The notes beneath the pieces are model-generated. The model was not told the origin of the DNA and did not search any database. It saw only the letters and a program-made list of their open reading frames with translations. 43,164 nt of DNA from IMG/VR virus record IMGVR_UViG_3300044723_003813, positions 1 through 43,164 of that record; one strand, 5' to 3'. Below, in pieces: positions 9,424 to 19,491 of the stretch. The translations under genes and the position numbers were made by a program. Every line of letters starts with the position of its first letter. Position 1 is the first letter of the stretch. Source of the stretch: a virus. Lineage: Duplodnaviria > Caudoviricetes.

Positions 9424-11816
9424 TGTCACAATCATTCTTCGGTTCTGGTCAAACAGCTAATTCTAGCAAACAATGGAAGGAGAGCGCACACAAGTTCGTT
9501 CAACCTGTTCGGTATTTCAAGAGTAATGATCCTTACTACTGGGAAGTTGATAACATTCCTATCAAGCAACTTGAGGAAAACATACTATGGATTAAGGATC
9601 AGCTAGACACCCAGACGGATTTCTCAGGTATTGGAAGGGCGCAGTTCTCTGAGCTAAAGCCTTTCTCTACTGGCGAAGGGTTCAGCGTATCGGTTAGACC
9701 TGGGCGTTACTCCTCTAGAATTAACGACGCATACCAGAAAGGTATAGCCAGTCTTACCAAGAGTGCTTATGGTATAATGGACGCCGATATTCAGGGCAAG
9801 ATTAACATCTCTATATCGGACGACATCTTAAGAAAAGTTTCAGGTGAGCTTATAGCTAACCTAGTTGCAAACAATGGCCTATACGACCATGTTCAACATC
9901 ACAAAACTGAGGGTCAGCTAGGGCTATCGTTAGAGTGGTCTGTAGATTCTAACGAGTATGTTCAGAATGTTGAGGCTGGTATTTATAATCTTCCAAAGAA
10001 TAAGTTAGCTCTTTGGAAGCAGAGAAACACATCAAAGAACTATAACCCTCTCAAGGTTGATCTTCAACAGCTTTCTGTAGATTTTACAAGAAGGTGGGGC
10101 GGCACTGCTAGAACCTCAATAGTTAATGTTCAGGACACTTTATCCATAGCAGTACCTCAGTTTAGTGACGATGATTACGCTAACCAATCAACCTTCATTC
10201 CTAACACTAGAATCGACCTTCTCTTCATCTACTCCCATCCAATAGATGCAGAATCAACAACCATACCAAAGCCTTCGGGTAACGCTCCTACGACTATAAA
10301 TGCTCCTCGTTTAGGGCTAGTTAAAGGTGCTGGGGCCATAGGTCTTAAAGGTAGAGGTCCTAACTTTGATGGAATTGATATGGCTGCTGACGGTACAGCG
10401 TTCTTATCAACCAATGCTTACACAAGCAATGCAGCAAACGCAAACAATTATTTCAGCGTTGACAATCCTTATGACGAGGACGGCAACACTCAAGTAAACT
10501 CTCATATCGTAGATCAGAATCAACAGACAATGGGGATCAATAATACCTTTGGTAACTTCCCATCACCTGATGATCTAATGAACCTTGCTCCTTTACTTCA
10601 AGAAGATCTTGAGACTACAAACCTCGCGTTAATAGGTCAGACGGTTCTTCCTGTTGCGTATGTAATTGTAAGAAAAGGAGCCACAAAGATAACCAACAGC
10701 GATATTATTGATATACGCCCCTTCTTTAGAACTACAGAACTTGCGTATAACGAAAGATCTGGTATCGCCGCTGCTAACCCACCTCTATCCTTCGCCAACC
10801 CTGCTGTAGGTAAAGCGGAACTTAGACATAATCTTACTAAGGTAAGGAGTTATATTGATGGTCTTCAAACTACAGTAGAAACTTCGCCTAGGGTTGTTGC
10901 TACTGGAGTAGTTATGGGTGGAATGAAGTTTGGAGTTGAGGGAGCCCTCGTTAGATTAGGAGCCAGCAACCAAGCTAACAATTCCTTGTCTAACCCAACC
11001 TCGGCAGCCGCAAGATTGGAGTGGCTAAAGTCTAACGGATTTGTTCCCTACAACACTCAATCCTTGCCCGTTGAACCTGAATGGGAAGTTTCAAACTGGG
11101 CTCTTGGTAAAACAAACTCAGGAACTTACAGAAACGATAGGATCTGGCTCAGTCAGCATGTCCCAGATAAGTCTGTAACATTTACATCTGACGGTTCTTT
11201 AGCAGGAGTTGTTGATCCAGTAACAAAACCTTTTGCTTACAACCCAGGAGGTAGCCCTCTTGATCGTGCTGGCAGTATGCATTACTTCGTCAGAAAGAGA
11301 GTGAACCTTAACAAAGGAAATGTTCCATGGATGGGTCATTACGATGTAATTGTTCAATATCTTAACTGTGTGCCTGCGTCTATGGATGAGGCTTATGCAA
11401 TAAACACAGGAGTTACTCATGACTCCAGATGGAAGCAGTACTCAGGAATCCATGTTGCTAAGGATGAGAACGGGTTTACCATTTATTGTAGCTTCGCGTC
11501 TGTAGATGGCTACGCTAAGACTGATAGAACTGACGGTCCTGGAGGGGGCCTTATCTTCGGAAATGGCGGTTATAAGACTCTAGCTGGAGGAGAAACCTCT
11601 GACAGAGATAAAGAGTGCTTCTCAGCATTCCATGTTACGCATGATCTCCTTACTTACAATAATGGGGAGATTCACGGTAACGAAAATACGGGATCAAACT
11701 TCGCACCAAGTCTCCACTGTACATACCCTTCAGTGCAGTTCACAGTAATAGGATATCCTTCAGGGTTTAGTCCATCTGTCGGATTAGGCACAACAAACAT
11801 CATAACATTACAGTGA
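9423..11816 (+). CDS. Tail fibre/baseplate-associated protein
   Basis: N-terminal DNIPIKQLEENILW resembles the motif in the preceding ORF. TAATG coupling. Confidence 0.5.
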   Translation: MSQSFFGSGQTANSSKQWKESAHKFVQPVRYFKSNDPYYWEVDNIPIKQLEENILWIKDQLDTQTDFSGIGRAQFSELKPFSTGEGFSVSVRPGRYSSRINDAYQKGIASLTKSAYGIMDADIQGKINISISDDILRKVSGELIANLVANNGLYDHVQHHKTEGQLGLSLEWSVDSNEYVQNVEAGIYNLPKNKLALWKQRNTSKNYNPLKVDLQQLSVDFTRRWGGTARTSIVNVQDTLSIAVPQFSDDDYANQSTFIPNTRIDLLFIYSHPIDAESTTIPKPSGNAPTTINAPRLGLVKGAGAIGLKGRGPNFDGIDMAADGTAFLSTNAYTSNAANANNYFSVDNPYDEDGNTQVNSHIVDQNQQTMGINNTFGNFPSPDDLMNLAPLLQEDLETTNLALIGQTVLPVAYVIVRKGATKITNSDIIDIRPFFRTTELAYNERSGIAAANPPLSFANPAVGKAELRHNLTKVRSYIDGLQTTVETSPRVVATGVVMGGMKFGVEGALVRLGASNQANNSLSNPTSAAARLEWLKSNGFVPYNTQSLPVEPEWEVSNWALGKTNSGTYRNDRIWLSQHVPDKSVTFTSDGSLAGVVDPVTKPFAYNPGGSPLDRAGSMHYFVRKRVNLNKGNVPWMGHYDVIVQYLNCVPASMDEAYAINTGVTHDSRWKQYSGIHVAKDENGFTIYCSFASVDGYAKTDRTDGPGGGLIFGNGGYKTLAGGETSDRDKECFSAFHVTHDLLTYNNGEIHGNENTGSNFAPSLHCTYPSVQFTVIGYPSGFSPSVGLGTTNIITLQ

Positions 11817-11819
11817 TTT

Positions 11820-14800
11820 ATGGCTTCAGTATTCACCAATTGTCTTCTTAAGATAGCAGGAAGGGGGGATGTTACAGTAGGACCTCCCCCTCCTGATTGT
11901 TGTGGAGGATTTGGTGGAGGAAACGACGATGACGATGATCGTGGGGATGTAACTTACCCAGGCGAGTGTCCTTATAAAGCCTGTCTTCAGGCAGGTGCTG
12001 GTTGTATTACAATACCTATAAGTAGGGATGAGATTATAAATCAATGCCCTGGATTAATTGACGCTTCCGAGTATAACAATCCAGACGCTTGCCCTTACTT
12101 AGCCACGAACACAGGAGATTGTGAATCTGGGGGGTTACCCTCTACTGATGCTGGAGCTAATTGTGTAGCAGCCTTAGTTGGATTACAGGGCCAGCAATTA
12201 TTCTCTGACGCTAATGCTTGTGAATCTTGTTGCGGTAATATAAATTGTAATGGGTGGACATGTAGCTTTCCTAACCAACCCTGTGGTCAGCACGCCTGCG
12301 ATCTTGAAAGTGTTCCATACGATATACCTAAGTGCGGAGCAGTGCAGTCTAACTGTTACAATGATTGCGCTGATTTCTGGGATCAAAATGGCCCTCAGGA
12401 AGCAGGTGGGTTGTGGAGATCGAATGCTAAGTGTAAAAACCAGGGCGGTCCTGGCGGTGGTAAGTGCTGTGGGGATCCTCCCGTAGTGGCCCCTCCTGGA
12501 GATGATAGAGATAAACTATGCCCAGTGTATCTTTGCGAAATCCCAGGGACACCTTGCTTCCTAGCAACTATATCATTAAAGCTTTTACAAACCGCTGGGT
12601 GGGGAGGAAGTGACTGTCCCACATCTGACCCTGGTGGAAGTGGGGAGGTGATCCCTGGCGTTTATGTAGACAAGGGAAAGTGTGATGATTTCTGCACCGA
12701 TCCTGGTGGTGGCGGTGGAGGTGGTGGCCCCGTAGTTCCAGGAACACCTAATCAAAGACTGTGCAGACTATACAAGTGTGTAGGTAACCATGACTGCGAC
12801 CCTGAGTATAAGACAGCTTTAGACTGGGCTGTTCTATTTAATTTAAATAACCCACAGCAGGCAACTTGTACGCTTATAAATCAGGTGGCCGATCAGTACG
12901 GGTACTACACCACTAAAGGACAGTGTTTGAACAACTGCCCCTGTGATGCATTTAGATGTGATGGAGCCGATTGTATCCCTGCTCAGTTTAATCCAAACAA
13001 TATAGATTGTCCTGTAGGAAATGCTTTTGTAGTAAACAACGGAGTCACTTATTATGGAAACCCTTCTTGTAACAACCAGTGCGAGGATATATGTACAGGA
13101 TATCAATGTAAGGAGTCTTTAGGATCTTGCCTTCCTGTAAACTTTCCCTTAAGCGATGCTCAAACTACTGTATCAGATTGTGATAGCCTACCTGCAAAGT
13201 TTAATCTAAACGGCACTCTTACATTTAAAAATCAAACAGCCTGTGATTTATTCTGCGAAGGTACTGATCCTACTACAACAACTGGTGACTCTGGGACATA
13301 CTGCCCAGTGTACAGATGTACTAATCAAGGATCTCCTTGTAACCTGTACAATTTAAACATATTAAATATACCTGGAACTCATCAAACCTGCGATACGATA
13401 CCTAATAGTTTCTTTTCACAAGGGTTAGTATATTACAAGAATAAAAATATCTGTGATGATTTCTGTTTAACTCCAGGTATAGACCCAGGAGATTTTGATA
13501 ACGGTGGCGGAACTAATCTAGAAGATTACTGCAACATTTTCTTATGCCAAGATAAGATTTGTAATGGGGTCTTTGTATACGCAGGAAACCTTGGCGTTAC
13601 CAATTGTGACAATATCGTAAACGGACAAGAGGCATTAGGAACAACTATTTATAAGACACAGGCTCAATGTGAAATAGCTTGTAAAGACAGGATAGGTGGA
13701 GCTTCTGAGGTAGACTTTGGACTAGATGATTTTAACTGTCCGATGTTCGTCTGTCAAAGCCCTATCGGTTGTGTTCTAACTCAGCTTACTTCAGCATACT
13801 TCCCTGATGCACAAAGCTGTGCAGATTTCCCTAATGTGGCCCAGGTCGGAGGAGCTACCTTCTATAAGGATAAGCTACAGTGTGATGTAGTATGTCCAAC
13901 TGATGCAGGTGATGGTGTTACAGTAGACTTCCTAACATGTCCTCTATATGAATGCGACAACTCTACAGGAAACTGTATAGGACAAAATGTTATACTAAAC
14001 TCTAATCAGTATACATCATGTGATACACTACCAGCTACGCTTGTTATAGACTCAAAGCTATTCTACAGCGACCCTCAACTATGCGATCAGTTATGTAACA
14101 TAACCAATCCGATAAACCCTCCTCCTACTCAAACAGGTTCTGGTGGTGTCTTAGACGAATTCTGTGATCTTTATAGATGTGTCGGTGCAGTGTGCATAGG
14201 AACAAGTAAGACTCCTTTAGAATTAGGTATTGTATCTTGCTCTTATATAAACGATGCTTTAGGGGGTCAGATATTCTATCAGGGTGCCAAGTATTACACT
14301 AATGCAAACTGTGACGGTAACTGTATAAACCCCTCTACCGATGTAGGTCCTGGAAATGATTTAGGAGAAGTTTGTCAGATATATGCTTGTGTTGATGGTA
14401 TAGACTGTGAGCCTTTCAATAGACTTCTTCAATCAATAAACGGAGGTATCTACAACACTTGTTCTGAGATTCCTCCAACGGTAGATTCCAATGGACAAAC
14501 TTTCTACAAGACTAGACAGAGGTGTAATAATTCTACTGGTTGCGGAAATGTGTCTGTAACTGGCGTAAACGCTCCTGATGATGTAGCTCCTGGTGTTGGT
14601 CAACCTACATGTGATTTGTATAGGTGTGCTGGAGGAAGTTGTGATTTATTGAGCATATCTTTGGGTGATCTTAATGATCAAGGTGCTAATTTAACATCAT
14701 GCCTATCTCCTCAATCAAGAAAGACAGTCTCTTACAACGGGGAGAAACTATACTGGAGTCAGCAAAGATGTATAATCAAATGCTTCAATGTAACCTCTGA

Positions 14801-17309
14801 CGATGCTACAGATCTCTTTGTGTTTGATATAGGGGACGGTCAAGTTATTGATGATGCTCAAGGTCCTATTTATTGTGATGTCTTCTCTTGCCCAGGAACT
14901 AACGGCCAACCTTGTGTACAAACTCAGTTAAGGTTAAGTGAGGTTAATCAAGCTACTGGTTCTAATTATTCTCAATGCCCTCCTGAAACATCTAACATGA
15001 TGTTTGCGTATGATAACTCCCCTTACTTCTTTAACTCACAAAGATGTAATATACTATGCACTGATTTCTACGACTCAGACCCTGGGCGCACAGTTCCTAA
15101 AACTGATGTCATATCAGGTGCTGACGAGCCTGACTTGGGATCTGAATCTTGTGAAGTTTGGAGATGTTTAGGAACAGGTCTTCCTTGTGTAAAGTTCTAT
15201 GTATATCTAAACTCTATACCCTTTGATACTTGTCCTCAAACAGGAAGCTTCTCATACTCTGCTCCAGGAACAACTACGGATTTGATTTACTTTGCTAAAC
15301 AAGCTGCCTGCAATAGTTACTGTAGCAATGTAAATGTAGATGGGTCTCAGTTTGATTTCGGAGGAGGTCAGGCTGGTGGAGCTACAGGTGCTGACCTAGG
15401 TGATACTGGTGGGGATATTATATCTGGGGATGGGACATCCATAACCTTTGACGGTAAGCAGACCGATGATGCTACTGTATATTTCACCTTTAACCCAGAC
15501 GGAACTAGAGTAAGAAGAGAGTATGCATTCACTGATAGAGAAGCGGTATTCGACCCAGTAGTTAGTAACAGGAAGTATAAGGACCCTCAGTCTAAAACAT
15601 TCCTACCTACTTCTAGAGGAGATCTTCCGCAGGATCTGTTCGCTGAGACTGTTCATTTATACATTAAGTCTGTTCATGAGATGAATCAAGGTAAGCTTGA
15701 GTTCTCAGACCTACCTTACGGAAGCCTTCCTTTAATAAACATTGAAAGAAGTCTAAACTCGAATATAAGATCCTTGTTAAATAACGCTAGGTATCCTGAC
15801 GGTAGTGATCTTAAGAAGGAGATTCTCATATACATAAGAGAGCTTATCATCACGAACAGGTTAGACAAAGCAGGGTCCGATCTTATTATTAGGCTACTTG
15901 AAGAGTGCCAAAGAGATGAAGAGCTACCTTCTAGAATATCTTCTACTGGTAACGAAGCTGATGCTATAAACTTTGCTGTTAACACAGGTCTAGAGCTAGA
16001 CTTTAAAAAGTACGCTAACGATGATGAAAAAGAGCAGATGAGGTTGTGGAAGGTTATTGCTCCTGATGTCAACAAGAGGCTAGAGGTTATAACAACTGAT
16101 GGTACTATCGTGGATGTATCTGTTTCAAGCGATGATAGTATAAAGCTTTATGAGGCCGACCGTACAGAGCATATAACCTATATTACTGACGGAGATCAGT
16201 ACCCCACAAGCGCAGCCACCTTTGAGATAGCCTCTGATAAGGACAGGGCTTTAATAAACAACTACGATGATATCTCTAAGATCATGTACAAGCTTAACGA
16301 GCCCTATGAAGTTCGCATGACAGTGAACTCAGCGGAGGTTAGACTTGTAGAGGAAACCTATGACGCATCAACCGCTAGATCTGATGTGTACATAATGAAG
16401 ATGATCCCAGAAACTTTAGAGGATCAGCCTAGAAGGTCCGCTCTCGTTAGACATACTAAAGCAACCTTCGAGTTAATGGAGGATGAAGAGACTATTAACG
16501 AGTGGGTAAAACATAAGCCATTCCCATATATGCAATTCTATGTTGATCATGAAGATCCTTTATTTGATCACATAGAAGCTAAGAAACAAGCCATACTAGA
16601 GTTTGAAGATTTTAGCTTGGACGCTTTCCAAGGATACGAAAGACTTCCTATATTCCCAAGAAGAATTCCTTGGCACATCGGCATAATACCAACTGATAGA
16701 GACGATCTTATGTTTGGTAGATCTAGATCTTATCAAACCAAGTTCAACGAAAGAGAGATTGTGTTTAAGCTAAACCCAAAACCATCAGAGCATAAGACTT
16801 CTCTCGCACACCCCCTTCTAGAAAGAGCAACAGGTTATAGCATAGGCTCTGTGAAGGACATTCCTACGAACGAGCAGTCAGCTTATAGATTTAAATCAGA
16901 TAATGTTAGACAGGCTATTCATCCTTACAAGACTGACGAAGAGCCTTTACCTAGAAGAGAGTTGCCTGGAAAGAAGCTATTTAAAATCTTGAGCGATCTA
17001 CAACAGGAGGGTACGGAGTTTGTAAACAAGAAAGGAGATACTGTATCTTGGGGTAGTATCTATAAATCTCTAACTCCTTTCGAAAGAAAAGCTCTTCTTC
17101 TTACTGAGTTTAAGAACTGGGAAGATGTAAAGTCTAAACTATTCCTTGGTAAGTTTGCAGAGAACCCCACTGTAGCTTCTAGATACCCTAAAGTTTCTGA
17201 GGTTCCAAAACTTGATATAGATGATATTAGAGATTATGTCCTACCAACAATCTCAGTTAAGAGACTTGATATTGACCCCGAAGCTGAAGAGCCAGAGCCA
17301 ATTCCATAA
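11820..17309 (+). CDS. Giant cysteine-rich repeat protein (1829 aa), probably virion-associated
   Basis: About 15 repeats of C-x4-C-x(4-7)-C...C...[YF]-x(4-6)-C-x3-C in the N-terminal ~1170 aa, with Gly/Pro/Asp linkers. The C-terminal ~600 aa are Cys-poor and unrecognised. Confidence 0.75.
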   Translation: MASVFTNCLLKIAGRGDVTVGPPPPDCCGGFGGGNDDDDDRGDVTYPGECPYKACLQAGAGCITIPISRDEIINQCPGLIDASEYNNPDACPYLATNTGDCESGGLPSTDAGANCVAALVGLQGQQLFSDANACESCCGNINCNGWTCSFPNQPCGQHACDLESVPYDIPKCGAVQSNCYNDCADFWDQNGPQEAGGLWRSNAKCKNQGGPGGGKCCGDPPVVAPPGDDRDKLCPVYLCEIPGTPCFLATISLKLLQTAGWGGSDCPTSDPGGSGEVIPGVYVDKGKCDDFCTDPGGGGGGGGPVVPGTPNQRLCRLYKCVGNHDCDPEYKTALDWAVLFNLNNPQQATCTLINQVADQYGYYTTKGQCLNNCPCDAFRCDGADCIPAQFNPNNIDCPVGNAFVVNNGVTYYGNPSCNNQCEDICTGYQCKESLGSCLPVNFPLSDAQTTVSDCDSLPAKFNLNGTLTFKNQTACDLFCEGTDPTTTTGDSGTYCPVYRCTNQGSPCNLYNLNILNIPGTHQTCDTIPNSFFSQGLVYYKNKNICDDFCLTPGIDPGDFDNGGGTNLEDYCNIFLCQDKICNGVFVYAGNLGVTNCDNIVNGQEALGTTIYKTQAQCEIACKDRIGGASEVDFGLDDFNCPMFVCQSPIGCVLTQLTSAYFPDAQSCADFPNVAQVGGATFYKDKLQCDVVCPTDAGDGVTVDFLTCPLYECDNSTGNCIGQNVILNSNQYTSCDTLPATLVIDSKLFYSDPQLCDQLCNITNPINPPPTQTGSGGVLDEFCDLYRCVGAVCIGTSKTPLELGIVSCSYINDALGGQIFYQGAKYYTNANCDGNCINPSTDVGPGNDLGEVCQIYACVDGIDCEPFNRLLQSINGGIYNTCSEIPPTVDSNGQTFYKTRQRCNNSTGCGNVSVTGVNAPDDVAPGVGQPTCDLYRCAGGSCDLLSISLGDLNDQGANLTSCLSPQSRKTVSYNGEKLYWSQQRCIIKCFNVTSDDATDLFVFDIGDGQVIDDAQGPIYCDVFSCPGTNGQPCVQTQLRLSEVNQATGSNYSQCPPETSNMMFAYDNSPYFFNSQRCNILCTDFYDSDPGRTVPKTDVISGADEPDLGSESCEVWRCLGTGLPCVKFYVYLNSIPFDTCPQTGSFSYSAPGTTTDLIYFAKQAACNSYCSNVNVDGSQFDFGGGQAGGATGADLGDTGGDIISGDGTSITFDGKQTDDATVYFTFNPDGTRVRREYAFTDREAVFDPVVSNRKYKDPQSKTFLPTSRGDLPQDLFAETVHLYIKSVHEMNQGKLEFSDLPYGSLPLINIERSLNSNIRSLLNNARYPDGSDLKKEILIYIRELIITNRLDKAGSDLIIRLLEECQRDEELPSRISSTGNEADAINFAVNTGLELDFKKYANDDEKEQMRLWKVIAPDVNKRLEVITTDGTIVDVSVSSDDSIKLYEADRTEHITYITDGDQYPTSAATFEIASDKDRALINNYDDISKIMYKLNEPYEVRMTVNSAEVRLVEETYDASTARSDVYIMKMIPETLEDQPRRSALVRHTKATFELMEDEETINEWVKHKPFPYMQFYVDHEDPLFDHIEAKKQAILEFEDFSLDAFQGYERLPIFPRRIPWHIGIIPTDRDDLMFGRSRSYQTKFNEREIVFKLNPKPSEHKTSLAHPLLERATGYSIGSVKDIPTNEQSAYRFKSDNVRQAIHPYKTDEEPLPRRELPGKKLFKILSDLQQEGTEFVNKKGDTVSWGSIYKSLTPFERKALLLTEFKNWEDVKSKLFLGKFAENPTVASRYPKVSEVPKLDIDDIRDYVLPTISVKRLDIDPEAEEPEPIP
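11967..15323 (+). repeat. Array of degenerate ~50-65 aa six-Cys protein repeats
   Basis: Examples: CPVYRC..C..C..YYKNKNICDDFC; CPLYEC..C..C..FYSDPQLCDQLC; CDLYRC..C..C..YYTNANCDGNC; CEVWRC..C..C..YFAKQAACNSYC. Visible at protein level only. Confidence 0.85.
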
Positions 17310-18172
17310 TGCCTAAAATAGCTAGACAAAACGACACCTCGGATCACGGTGGGGGAGCGATAACTACAGCAGTGCAAGAAAATGTCACTGTTAATGGTCT
17401 TCCTATAGCCATTGCTGGGCCTGGGGTATTAGGACCTCAAGGAGCTTCGACAGACTTACTTTATAACCCCTCCCCTACAGTTCATCCGTTAGGATTAGGG
17501 GGTATAGCTTCAGGCCCTTCTGAAGGAAGTACGAATATAACTGCCGGGGGATACCCTGTGCATAGGTTCCATGATGCTAGAGCGTGTGGTGCTGAAACAA
17601 TTACAGCCAGCCCTAATGTATTTGGAAACGGACAGGCTCAAATTAGACAAGATGGAGGAACCGTATCTAGCCCACTACCTTCTCCAGCGGCACCCCTAGG
17701 ATTCTCCTATCCCTACGAGGAGATTATAATGTTGAAGGGTTCTCCCGCCATGTATATTAAGGATGAGAATACTCCATGGTCTTTAGTACAAGGGGTTAAT
17801 GATCTGCAATTTATAGGAACCAGTATATCTCCAACACTTCAGTTCTCATCTAACACTGAGTTTGATATTCCTGATTTAGATCAAAGTATTAAGACCGCTG
17901 TAGGAACCTCCGATGCTAATGAAGAGGTGGTTTTAGGTGGTCTGGCTACTGTAGGATTTCCTAGTTTTGGAAATGTTCCGATAGACCAGCTTGGAGTTAT
18001 TGAAGGCATACCTACTAGTACTAACTTTGAAAGATACTTTACACAGAATGAGAATGAGTGGACAAGGAATTCATTTGCAGGAACATCATTTACCGTTAAG
18101 AATGAGTCTGGTTCCCAAACAACTACACTAGGTATAATTGTTTTTGGAGAAACAATACCTACTGTTAGCTAA
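17309..18172 (+). CDS. PAAR-domain spike tip protein (T4 gp5.4-like) with C-terminal extension
   Basis: MPKIARQND..DHGG, NVTVNGLPIA, GG.PVHR..D..ACG...TASPNVF.NG: PAAR pattern with His/His/Cys metal ligands. Confidence 0.85.
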   Translation: MPKIARQNDTSDHGGGAITTAVQENVTVNGLPIAIAGPGVLGPQGASTDLLYNPSPTVHPLGLGGIASGPSEGSTNITAGGYPVHRFHDARACGAETITASPNVFGNGQAQIRQDGGTVSSPLPSPAAPLGFSYPYEEIIMLKGSPAMYIKDENTPWSLVQGVNDLQFIGTSISPTLQFSSNTEFDIPDLDQSIKTAVGTSDANEEVVLGGLATVGFPSFGNVPIDQLGVIEGIPTSTNFERYFTQNENEWTRNSFAGTSFTVKNESGSQTTTLGIIVFGETIPTVS

Positions 18173-18250
18173 CAAAAAAGAGGAAAAATCGCTGATTAAA
18201 TTTAATTAGATATACATATCTACAGACGGTTGAACCGTCAGGAGTTTATT

Positions 18251-18676
18251 ATGAACAGAGATCAATTAAGAGAAGCCGTACTCGGCACCGCAGCCTGGAA
18301 GAAGGCTGGTTTACTTAACGAGTCCGTTGCTCCCGTTCAGGAGCAAGAGGTCATCGAAGAAGCTAAGGCCGAGGAGACTGCTCCTAAGGCTCACACTTGC
18401 CCACTCTGCGAGTCCACCCTTGAGGAGGAGCTTTCAGACGAGGCTCTACTTGAGCACGCCAACCAGATGGCTGAACTCTTCCAAGAGGTAGAGCTTCTTT
18501 CCGAAGGTGAGGACGCTGAAGAAGGTGAAGAGCTTTCCGAGGAAGAAGAAGGCGAAGAAGAAGTAGATCTTCTTGAGGGTCTTGACGAAGAAGAGATTCA
18601 AGAAGTAGTTGCCCTTGTTGAGGGTATGTACAAGAAGAAAAAAGCAAAGATGAAGAAGGGCGAAGAGTCCTGCTGA
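18251..18676 (+). CDS. Acidic putative prohead core protein with CxxC motif
   Basis: AGGAG SD before ATG 18251. Very Glu-rich, HTCPLC motif, Lys-rich tail. Sits upstream of gp21, where T4-like phages carry core proteins. Confidence 0.55.
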   Translation: MNRDQLREAVLGTAAWKKAGLLNESVAPVQEQEVIEEAKAEETAPKAHTCPLCESTLEEELSDEALLEHANQMAELFQEVELLSEGEDAEEGEELSEEEEGEEEVDLLEGLDEEEIQEVVALVEGMYKKKKAKMKKGEESC

Positions 18677-18683
18677 TTTAGTC

Positions 18684-19109
18684 ATGGCTTCTCTTAACGA
18701 CGCAGGTATGGGGATTGGTGATTTTGCTCAGGCATTACTTGAGCAAGAGGCGACCAATCCCCAACCACAAACTAGAAAAGCCTCGTCTAAAGGAAATGTT
18801 CCTGACATTTCCGATGTCCCTGTATCTAAGGATCAAGTTAACTCAGTTCTTTTTGAGTCTTTTGGAATTCAAGAAAAAAAGAAGTCTATGTTAGATGTCG
18901 CTCGAAATCCTGAAAACGCTATTAAGAAAGAACCTAAAAGAACTGACGAAGAACTTAGATCAGAGATTTCAAAAACTGTAAAATATCTAAAGTCTCTTTT
19001 ACAAGAGATGACCGTTGGTACAACGACCACAGGAATGGGAGGTGCTCATAGTGGACTTGGTTTCAAGAATCCGAAACCTAAGAGGAGACGATCCTCAAAG
19101 GGTAGATGA
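18684..19109 (+). CDS. Hypothetical head-cluster protein
   Basis: ATG 7 nt after the previous stop; contains L-x-E motifs (LLEQE, LFES, LLQE). Confidence 0.6.
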   Translation: MASLNDAGMGIGDFAQALLEQEATNPQPQTRKASSKGNVPDISDVPVSKDQVNSVLFESFGIQEKKKSMLDVARNPENAIKKEPKRTDEELRSEISKTVKYLKSLLQEMTVGTTTTGMGGAHSGLGFKNPKPKRRRSSKGR

Positions 19110-19491
19110 AAAAAAGTCTGAACGCTATCCCGGTGGGAGAGGCGGTTATAAAAGAAGTAAGGTAACGACTTCAAGAAAGAGTCGTGTTCCTGTTTACGAT
19201 ACTATTAAACAGGCTCTTTCTAAAACAAGCCCTGGAACTATCTTCTCTACGGATGGTTCTTACAGGATGTATGTTACCACAGCTAAGGGCTGGGGCAAGA
19301 GCAAGCAGCAAAGGGTTTCTGGTAAAACTGCAAAGGGATTTACTCCAGGTAGTGCCACTCCTAAGGCTTCTTGGGATAGCATTAAAAGCCACGCTGCTAG
19401 AACCAAGGTCAAGCACGGACAAGGCAAGGCTAAGAAACTTACAGCTAAAGCTCGTAGAGAAAAGAAAGCTAAAAAATACGGAGATAAATGA
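19051..19491 (+). CDS. Highly basic (Lys/Arg-rich) putative internal DNA-binding head protein
   Basis: GGGAGGT SD 7-8 nt before GTG 19051 (MDLVSRIRNL...), in frame with the track ORF 19015. ATGA overlap with gp21. Confidence 0.6.
   Translation: MDLVSRIRNLRGDDPQRVDEKKSERYPGGRGGYKRSKVTTSRKSRVPVYDTIKQALSKTSPGTIFSTDGSYRMYVTTAKGWGKSKQQRVSGKTAKGFTPGSATPKASWDSIKSHAARTKVKHGQGKAKKLTAKARREKKAKKYGDK

Noticed and set aside
11967-15323. CRISPR array, or DGR template/variable repeat, underlying the Cys repeats
   Set aside because: The repeats are highly diverged at DNA level and in-frame coding; no reverse transcriptase or cas gene is in the window.
11820-18172. Bacterial T6SS/eCIS or eukaryotic giant-virus origin of the PAAR and Cys-rich genes
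   Set aside because: They are contiguous with T4-like capsid, protease, neck and gp55 genes that carry SD sequences, so this is a tailed phage.
19106-19125. A-AAA-AAG slippery heptamer suggesting a -1 frameshift
   Set aside because: A -1 shift hits TGA within two codons, and an in-frame GTG with a good SD at 19051 explains the gene.
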